Source: a bacterium (GTDB taxonomy: Bacteria > UBA10199 > 2-02-FULL-44-16 > JAAZCA01). From it: 64,000 nt of DNA. The stretch spans positions 672,001 through 736,000 of the forward strand of contig CAXXGI010000002.1 in the NCBI GenBank assembly GCA_963674695.2, written 5' to 3'. Position numbers and translations under genes: made by a program. Each line of letters starts with the position of its first letter. Within the stretch, counting starts at the first letter, position 1. Below are positions 57,567 through 64,000 of this stretch, piece after piece. The notes beneath the pieces are model-generated. The model did not search any database, was not told the origin of the DNA, and saw only the letters and a list, made by a program, of their open reading frames with translations.

Positions 57567-59168
57567 TTACCGCTCGATGGCGCAGACGTCCTGCCCGTTT
57601 TCCCTGCGCACATGTCGCCGATGACAGGAGATGACGAACGGGCCCATGTGGCCGAAGAGCCTGTAGTCCTTCCGGAGCAGATCGCCCAGCGTGATGCGAA
57701 GCGCAGGGGGAATGAAACCGTTGAAGCTGTGCTTGGGCATGTCGATGAAGACGTCCGGCGGGTCGGTATACATCCCCGACAGAAAACGCTCGATGCGCTT
57801 TGCGCGCGCTTTCGGTTCTCCGAAGAGCAACGGATTAAAATAGAAGAATGGACTCGGACTGTTTCGTTTTGAATGATAGTAGAGCCCGGTCTCGTCGTTG
57901 AAGGCCAGGATCGTGAGCCCATCGCGCAGGTTCTCCCCGAGAAAGGTGCCGACCGCCTTGCTGATCGGAAAGAGGTTGTTGCCGTACTTCTGTCGCGAGA
58001 GCGTGTTCGGCGGGGTCGTGAGAAACGCGATGTTGCCGATGAGCAGCGGGACGCCGATGATGAGTGCGAGGAGGAGGGCAATGAATCGCGGACGCAAACG
58101 GAGTGCGCGCACGCCGCTTGCGCGCGTCACCATTTCGGTCAACGCCCAGGTGGCCGTCAGGATCAGGAACGGGACGAGGAGTTGATAATAGTGGGGGAAG
58201 AAACGCCAGGGCGCAGCCACCTCCATCGCGGCGGCCAGGAGGAGAATCACGAGGACGAGTTTTTTGCGTCGATGTTCGGGAAAGAGGAGCGTGAGGAGGA
58301 AGACGCCGGTGAGCCATATCAGCGGCCGCTCCCAGGCCATCTCCGGCGGGAGGAGGGCTTGCCCGATGGGGACGGTGCTGACGGGGTTATTGAAGGCATA
58401 CATTCGGTTGAAGATGAAGACCGCTTCCCAGAAGGGAACGAGGGCGCCGGCATGCCAGAGGCCGATCAGGAGCACGCCCCAGGTGGCGGCGGCGGCCAGG
58501 CCGAAGAGGCCCACGCCCCCGATGCGCTCGCGAATGCTTCGGATCGATGGCGTGGGCAGGGTCAGTAGGATGAAGGCCAGTCCCATCCACGTGAAGATCG
58601 TCATCATCTTGATGGTCGAGCTCACACCGATGAGGAGTCCGGCCAGCACCAGGAGTTCCCACCGTCGCCGCCCGATGCCTTCGCGCGCGCGCAGCAGCGC
58701 GAAGATCCCCATCAGCTTGAAGGCGTTGATGAGCAGTTCGCCGTCGGGTTGGTTCATCTGGAGCATCGCATCCTGAGCGATGAGCCCATAGAGCGCCATA
58801 GCGACGAGCGCGGGCACGCCTCCGATGAGCTCTCGCGCGATCAGCCCGATGCCGATCAGGACGATCCCGTTGAAGACGACGCCCAGCATGAAGATGGCCC
58901 AATCGGTATAGCCGAAGAGAAGCTGAAAGGCGCCGAAGATCGCGGGCGTGGTCGGCGGCTTATGGTCCCAGACATCGATGTAGGCGCGTTTCCCCTCGAT
59001 GAGTTGGTGGGCCATGTAGGAGAAGCCGGTGATGTCGCGTTCGAAGGGTTCGTGGAGCGTGTGTAGACGCGCGAGCGCCATGCCGGCCAGGATTACGAGG
59101 GCGACGATCACAAACGTCGTGCGAGAGGTGAGGGTGAGTGTCTTTGTCGGCATTTCCCCTTGTAGCAT
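57567..59168 (-). CDS. GT-C (ArnT/GT39-like) glycosyltransferase
   Basis: ERDITGF...Y.DVWDHKPP, FPHYY; multi-TM. Confidence 0.82.
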   Translation of the reverse strand: MLQGEMPTKTLTLTSRTTFVIVALVILAGMALARLHTLHEPFERDITGFSYMAHQLIEGKRAYIDVWDHKPPTTPAIFGAFQLLFGYTDWAIFMLGVVFNGIVLIGIGLIARELIGGVPALVAMALYGLIAQDAMLQMNQPDGELLINAFKLMGIFALLRAREGIGRRRWELLVLAGLLIGVSSTIKMMTIFTWMGLAFILLTLPTPSIRSIRERIGGVGLFGLAAAATWGVLLIGLWHAGALVPFWEAVFIFNRMYAFNNPVSTVPIGQALLPPEMAWERPLIWLTGVFLLTLLFPEHRRKKLVLVILLLAAAMEVAAPWRFFPHYYQLLVPFLILTATWALTEMVTRASGVRALRLRPRFIALLLALIIGVPLLIGNIAFLTTPPNTLSRQKYGNNLFPISKAVGTFLGENLRDGLTILAFNDETGLYYHSKRNSPSPFFYFNPLLFGEPKARAKRIERFLSGMYTDPPDVFIDMPKHSFNGFIPPALRITLGDLLRKDYRLFGHMGPFVISCHRRHVRRENGQDVCAIER

Positions 59169-59235
59169 CCTTGCAGCGGCGCGGCAAATGAGATGAGGGA
59201 TGATATGAGGGGGGAAAGTATGCTACATCTCGTGC

Positions 59236-60771
59236 ATGCGTGACCGGATGAGCCGATCATCGATGTTGTTCTTGGGTGGGTTTGCCGTGATGGCACTTAT
59301 CCTCGTGGCGTGGTGTTGGTTTGGCGCCTACGATCACGATGAGGTGCAGCATCTGCACGCGTCCTGGCTTGTTGCGCAGGGCTCCCTTCCGTTCGTGGAT
59401 TTCCTGGAACAGCACCATCCGACATTTTGGTATCTCCTGGCCCCGATCGTACGTCTTGGCGGATCTCCACATGTGCTCATCGCCAGCGCGCGTTTTTTTG
59501 ATCTGGCGATGCTCGCCGTGCTCATCATCATCGTCGTGCGCATCGTGAGAAATGTTTTTCCTGGGGTCTCCGGGGCGTGGCCTGTGCTCCTGCTCGTTGG
59601 CTCATCGCTCTTTCTGCAGCGTCAGCTCGAGGTGCGCCCCGACGCGTTGATGAATGTCGTCGGGTGGGCGGGACTCTGGCAGTGGATCGTCTATCTCCAA
59701 CGAGGCGGGCGCGTGCGTGCCTTCGTGGCAGGGCTTTTGTCGGGCGTGGCCATCGCTCTCCTGCAGAAGTGGATTCCCTTCTTCGGACTGATGTTTCTTG
59801 GGTCGTTCGTGTTGCTCATCCGAAATCGACGGGATGTATGGTATCGCCGGATGCTGGGCGAGGGGATGGGACTGGTGTTGTTGGGTGCGCTCATCCCGGT
59901 TGCCCTGCTCTTTTTGGCGATTGGTCTGGCCGGGTATTGGCGTGAATTTTTCTTTTGGGCCTACACCTTCAACCGGTTCTTCTATCTGGAATCGATGAGC
60001 GGTGAACTCGGATATCGGTATAAGGCCTTTGCCGAACTCGTTCGAGGTGGGGGCGTGCTCATGCTGTGTGGGCTCGGCGGCGTCGGGATCCTCTGGTACG
60101 ATCTCCTCCGTCGCTGGCGTCCTTCTCCTGAGACAGGGGGCGCAGGCCTTGTCCTCGGCGTCATGGTCGTTGGCAGTATCCCCTATTTGGTCAGCATCCA
60201 CCTGCTCTTTCCGCAGTATTTTTTGCCCGTGCTGCCACTCATGGCGATTTGTTCGCAGGCGCTTTTCACGAGGATTCGGGGAAGATCGTATGAGCGGATC
60301 GTCCAGGCGGTGGTCATCGTCTCCGTGATCGTGGCGGGCAGTGCGTTGGCATTGGGGCGGACCAATCTCGTTCAACGCGCGACGCATCGGCTGATTCTTG
60401 AAAAGACCCGTGCGGAAGCTCCGCTCTTCTTCCCCCCGCCCGCACATCCGATCATCCGTCGGGATGGCGCGTATTTTTGGTACAACGGGATCATGATCGC
60501 CGAAACCTATGAGCGCTATTGTCAAAAATATTCCTGTGCGCACGATTTTCTGGCCCAGGAGGCGGAGCGCTGGCGTGTCGACCCGCCGCGCTATCTCTAT
60601 TTGTCCGAGCACAATCCAAAGGCCTGGCCCTATCGCTGGCGCGAGCATCTCCTCGACTATGAGCCCATGAATATGATTGGCCTCTTTCACCTGAAGGGGG
60701 ACGAGGATGAGTTGCAGGATCACACAGACTCCGTTTTCCCTGGAATGCTTCCTCCTGAAGGGAAAGAATGA
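59236..60771 (+). CDS. GT-C glycosyltransferase, paralog of 56084-57562
   Basis: Shared HDEVQHLH, QLEVRPDALMNV, YTFNRF, FWYNG, CAHDFLA, WPYRW. Confidence 0.8.
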   Translation: MRDRMSRSSMLFLGGFAVMALILVAWCWFGAYDHDEVQHLHASWLVAQGSLPFVDFLEQHHPTFWYLLAPIVRLGGSPHVLIASARFFDLAMLAVLIIIVVRIVRNVFPGVSGAWPVLLLVGSSLFLQRQLEVRPDALMNVVGWAGLWQWIVYLQRGGRVRAFVAGLLSGVAIALLQKWIPFFGLMFLGSFVLLIRNRRDVWYRRMLGEGMGLVLLGALIPVALLFLAIGLAGYWREFFFWAYTFNRFFYLESMSGELGYRYKAFAELVRGGGVLMLCGLGGVGILWYDLLRRWRPSPETGGAGLVLGVMVVGSIPYLVSIHLLFPQYFLPVLPLMAICSQALFTRIRGRSYERIVQAVVIVSVIVAGSALALGRTNLVQRATHRLILEKTRAEAPLFFPPPAHPIIRRDGAYFWYNGIMIAETYERYCQKYSCAHDFLAQEAERWRVDPPRYLYLSEHNPKAWPYRWREHLLDYEPMNMIGLFHLKGDEDELQDHTDSVFPGMLPPEGKE

Positions 60772-60795
60772 CGAAACAGTCCTTGCTCTGAGGGG

Positions 60796-62334
60796 GTGGC
60801 GATGACGAACACCGGACACGCACGCATCTGGAAGGATCGGGCGGTTATATTTTTCATTGCCCTCATGATCCGCATGATGTGCGGATATATCTTCTTTGGA
60901 AGCACCGATCTCATCAGCGAAGTGGAAAACAATCGGCTGATTCTTGCGCAAGACTGGACCATGGTTCCCTATTATCCTGCGATCGAAGCCCTGATCTGGT
61001 TCGGCGGTGTGCTCAATACCCAAACATCACTGCCGTTAGCGTTCTGCTATAAGGTGATCCCCATTGTATTCGATGCGCTGCTGGCGGTGCTCCTCTTCGA
61101 TATCGTGGCTTCGCGCGGGAGACGCTTTGCGTATGTGGTGGGGCTTCTCTATGCGCTCTGCCCCGTGCCGATCATTATCATCTGTTTTCACGTCCAGTGG
61201 GATTCCATTACTCTTTTTCTGCTTCTGTTGGCCTTTCATATTCGGGAGTGCTATCGCGAAGGGCCGTGCTCCTCTTTTTGCTTTGGGTTTCTCTTCGGAC
61301 TTTCGGCCTTGATCAAGCCGATGGTCCTGATATTTATTTTTATTTTTCCTCGGCGGGAAAAGCCAGGCGAACTCGTCCAGATTCGCAGACAGATCTTCGG
61401 CTTTGCCGGCCTTGGTGCTGTGCTGGGTATCGGCGTGCTGATGCTGTATGTGTTTGAGTATCCTCTCTATGATGTGATTCATGGGATCACGTCATACGTT
61501 TCGGATACCCTGCCGAAATTCGGGCTTCCGTTCGGCCCGTTTTCTGCGCCGACGAAGTTTTTGCTGTCCCAAAGGACCGTTTTGACGGTCGTCCTCGGGC
61601 TGTCGCTGTTGTATGTCGTTCGAAGGATCGACGTTTTTTCGGTCATGGCCGGGAGCTTCGCTTTTATCTATGTGGCATCGGGTTTGGCGCCGCAGTATCT
61701 TATGTGGATCGTGCCGTGTTTCCTGGCGGCAGCGCGTCTTCGGTTCGGTGCCGTCTATGTGGTCATGATTACCGCATTCCTGCTGCTGTATTATTTCAAC
61801 GGATATGATGAACGGAATCTGGGTACATTCGTGACGCTCAAGGACTTTTCGTGGTTGATGCCGTCTCAGTCAATGGCGCTTTCGACCTGGAGATCGGTGA
61901 CCGATGTGATCGGAAATATTGCGCTTCCCCTCCTGTCGGCCCTGTTCGTTATCTCAATCGTCATATCGGCATTTAGATCACGTCGAGAGAGTGATGCGGG
62001 CGCGTTGCTGCCGCGCTTTGTGCCATGGAAGAACGCTTATCTCTGGTCGATCGCGCTGATCGCGTCGATCATCTGGATTACGGTGATCAGCTTCTCCCGT
62101 GTGGACATGCTCGCGCGTTTCGATGGCCTGGTTGTGGAGAAGGTCTCTCGCTATGGGCTGTCTTTGGTGGACGGTGCTCCCTCGTATGGACCGGAATTGA
62201 TTGAGCTCTATCCGCTGACGTCGAATCTGAATATCGTGACGATACTCTTTGGTCTCGCCGTCTGCTGGGGGGTGTTTGCGCTGACGGTGAGACGCAGAGG
62301 CATAGAAAAGAATGTCATGTCGCCGGTGGAATAG
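60796..62334 (+). CDS. GT-C/GT87-like membrane glycosyltransferase
   Basis: PYYP, K...IVFD, HVQWDS, PQYLMW; multi-TM. Confidence 0.7.
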   Translation: MAMTNTGHARIWKDRAVIFFIALMIRMMCGYIFFGSTDLISEVENNRLILAQDWTMVPYYPAIEALIWFGGVLNTQTSLPLAFCYKVIPIVFDALLAVLLFDIVASRGRRFAYVVGLLYALCPVPIIIICFHVQWDSITLFLLLLAFHIRECYREGPCSSFCFGFLFGLSALIKPMVLIFIFIFPRREKPGELVQIRRQIFGFAGLGAVLGIGVLMLYVFEYPLYDVIHGITSYVSDTLPKFGLPFGPFSAPTKFLLSQRTVLTVVLGLSLLYVVRRIDVFSVMAGSFAFIYVASGLAPQYLMWIVPCFLAAARLRFGAVYVVMITAFLLLYYFNGYDERNLGTFVTLKDFSWLMPSQSMALSTWRSVTDVIGNIALPLLSALFVISIVISAFRSRRESDAGALLPRFVPWKNAYLWSIALIASIIWITVISFSRVDMLARFDGLVVEKVSRYGLSLVDGAPSYGPELIELYPLTSNLNIVTILFGLAVCWGVFALTVRRRGIEKNVMSPVE

Positions 62335-62464
62335 GGCTCCTTTGTAAAAATGGCCTTCGAATCTGCAAAAAGAGTGTGTCTCGCCCTTTTTCTTGCCTTT
62401 CCCCGTTCAAATCGCTACGGTGGCCCGCTTTTTCGGGGGAGGGAAGAGCGGCTGTCGTCGAGAG

Positions 62465-62546
62465 GCGAGGATGGCGGAACTGGCAGACGCGCTGGATTTA
62501 GGATCCAGTGGGGCAACCCATGGGGGTTCGAGTCCCCCTCCTCGCA
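62465..62546 (+). tRNA. tRNA-Leu (anticodon TAG)
   Basis: GCGAGGA/TCCTCGC acceptor stem, CTGGA-TTTAGGA-TCCAG anticodon arm, long variable arm, GGTTCGAGTCC; CCA not encoded. Confidence 0.95.
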
Positions 62547-62592
62547 CAGGATATGCCGCATGAGCGGCCAGAGATGAAAAAGGAGAACGTCC

Positions 62593-63900
62593 ATGAAGCA
62601 CTCCGTCGAAGAGGTCAGCTCCATCAAGCGCAAAATCACGGTCGAGGCCAGCCCCGAAGAGGTCGATGCGGCATGGGGCAAGGCGCTGGCCGAGGTTCGC
62701 CGTGAGGCGAAGGTCCCCGGTTTTCGCAAGGGGAAGGTCCCGGATCAGATGCTGCTGACGCGCTTCGGTGACGATATCGCGATGGAGGCGGCCAAGGCCG
62801 TCGTCTCCAAGACGCTTACCCCTGCGGTGCGCGAGGTCGGTATCTTTCCGCTTGGCGAGCCGCGCATCGAGCCGGAGGGCGTCCCGGAGAAGGGCAAGCC
62901 CTTCACCTATCACGCCCACTATGAGGTCTATCCGGAGGTGACCGCCAAGGGATATGAGAAGCTCAACCTCGAGCGCGAGAAGGCGACGGTCACCGATGAG
63001 GAGGTTGAGACGGAGCTGACCCGCATGCAGCAGCAGATGACGCAGCTCGAACCCGCAGCGGGTGAGGGGATCGGTCCGGGCATGGTGGCCATGATCGATT
63101 TCAAGGGGACCGCCGATGGAAAACCCTTTCCCGGCAGCGAGGCCGAGAACTATGTCGTCGATTTCGGCAGCGGTCGGCTCCTCAAGGAGTTCGAGAACGA
63201 GATCGTCGGCATGAAGGGGGGCGAAAAGGGTGAGATCAACTTCACCTACCCGACCGACTACTTCAAGAAAGAGGTCGCAGGCAAGGCGGGGTGCTTTCAG
63301 ATTTCGGTCAAGGAGGTACGCCGCAAGATCGTGCCGGAGCTCAACGACGATTTCGCCAAAGAGCTGGGGCAGTATAAGACGCTCGATGAGGTCCGCGCAG
63401 AGCTGAAAAAGCGGATCGTCGAATATAAAGATGCCGTCTGGCGCGGAAGGCTCAAGGATCAGGCCATTCGGCAGATCATCGAGGCGAACAAGGAACTCGA
63501 GGTGCCCATGGCGCTCGTCGACGGCGAGCTGGGAAACATGCTCGAGCAGCTCAAACAGCAGGTCGAATCGCGTGGGCAGACCTTCGATCAGAGCAAGATC
63601 GATCCGAAGCAGTTCGTCCAGACCAACCTCGAAGAGGCGACCAACCGCGCGCGCGGCTTCATGCTCGTGCGCGCCATCTCCGAGCAGGAGAAGGTGGCGC
63701 TCGAGGATGCCGAGCTCGACGAGCGCATCGAGGCGATCGCGGCCCAACAGAAGCAGCCGGTCGACCGGGTTCGCCAGCAGCTCGAGAAGAACAACCAGCT
63801 GGACAACCTGCGCGGGCAGATTTTATTCGATAAAACGCTTGATTTAGTCCTGACAAAGGCTAAAATTAAGGAAAAGAAGCCAGAAAAAACGAAAAAATAG
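62593..63900 (+). CDS. tig: Trigger factor
   Basis: VPGFRKGKVP signature, FKBP domain; tRNA-Leu-tig-clpP synteny. Confidence 0.97.
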   Translation: MKHSVEEVSSIKRKITVEASPEEVDAAWGKALAEVRREAKVPGFRKGKVPDQMLLTRFGDDIAMEAAKAVVSKTLTPAVREVGIFPLGEPRIEPEGVPEKGKPFTYHAHYEVYPEVTAKGYEKLNLEREKATVTDEEVETELTRMQQQMTQLEPAAGEGIGPGMVAMIDFKGTADGKPFPGSEAENYVVDFGSGRLLKEFENEIVGMKGGEKGEINFTYPTDYFKKEVAGKAGCFQISVKEVRRKIVPELNDDFAKELGQYKTLDEVRAELKKRIVEYKDAVWRGRLKDQAIRQIIEANKELEVPMALVDGELGNMLEQLKQQVESRGQTFDQSKIDPKQFVQTNLEEATNRARGFMLVRAISEQEKVALEDAELDERIEAIAAQQKQPVDRVRQQLEKNNQLDNLRGQILFDKTLDLVLTKAKIKEKKPEKTKK

Positions 63901-63937
63901 CTTTTTCTTGATAGAATTTACTCGAAAATGAGGCGTT

Positions 63938-64000
63938 ATGATCAAAAATGAACTCGTCCCGATGGTCATCGAGCAGACTCACCGCGGGGAACGCGCCTAT
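63938..64000 (+). CDS. clpP: ClpP protease, 5' fragment
   Basis: MIKNELVPMVIEQTHRGERAY following tig. Confidence 0.9.
   Translation, partial: MIKNELVPMVIEQTHRGERAY

Noticed and set aside
62335-62592. Integration att site at tRNA-Leu
   Set aside because: I saw no duplicate of the tRNA 3' end and no integrase in the window.
1-64000. CRISPR array or rRNA
   Set aside because: No regularly spaced direct repeats with unique spacers, no cas genes and no rRNA-like sequence seen; the repeats are REP/MITE/SSR types.

Overview
GC-rich bacterial chromosome segment. Gene content suggests a deltaproteobacterial-type lineage (inference). Left to right: the 3' part of a >2100-aa orphan gene; a catalytically degenerate PP2C protein; a sigma54-driven Tad/Flp pilus cluster with FHA-like/TPR accessory genes, an embedded RHH-MazF toxin-antitoxin pair and frameshifted pseudopilins; IS256; a radical SAM/SPASM enzyme with a probable Cys-rich precursor peptide; peptidases; IS1380; a diversity-generating retroelement (DGR); a PhnD-HAMP-sigma54-activator fusion; a GDP-heptose/GT-C glycosylation region; and tRNA-Leu-tig-clpP. 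The highlight is the DGR. Its FGE/CLec target VR differs from the TR at 20 TR adenines, and a 16-bp GTA-loop hairpin follows the VR. Its RT carries a (CATC)15 microsatellite that puts it out of frame; n=13 or 16 would restore the frame, making it a candidate phase-variable mutagenesis switch. A REP-flanked DUF559 nuclease cassette has replaced the avd 3' end and the RT 5' end. A shared GCAACTT-N12/14-(G/A)CCGA(T/C/A) sigma28-like motif precedes the DGR target and four other genes. All calls come from reading the sequence; no database searches were run.
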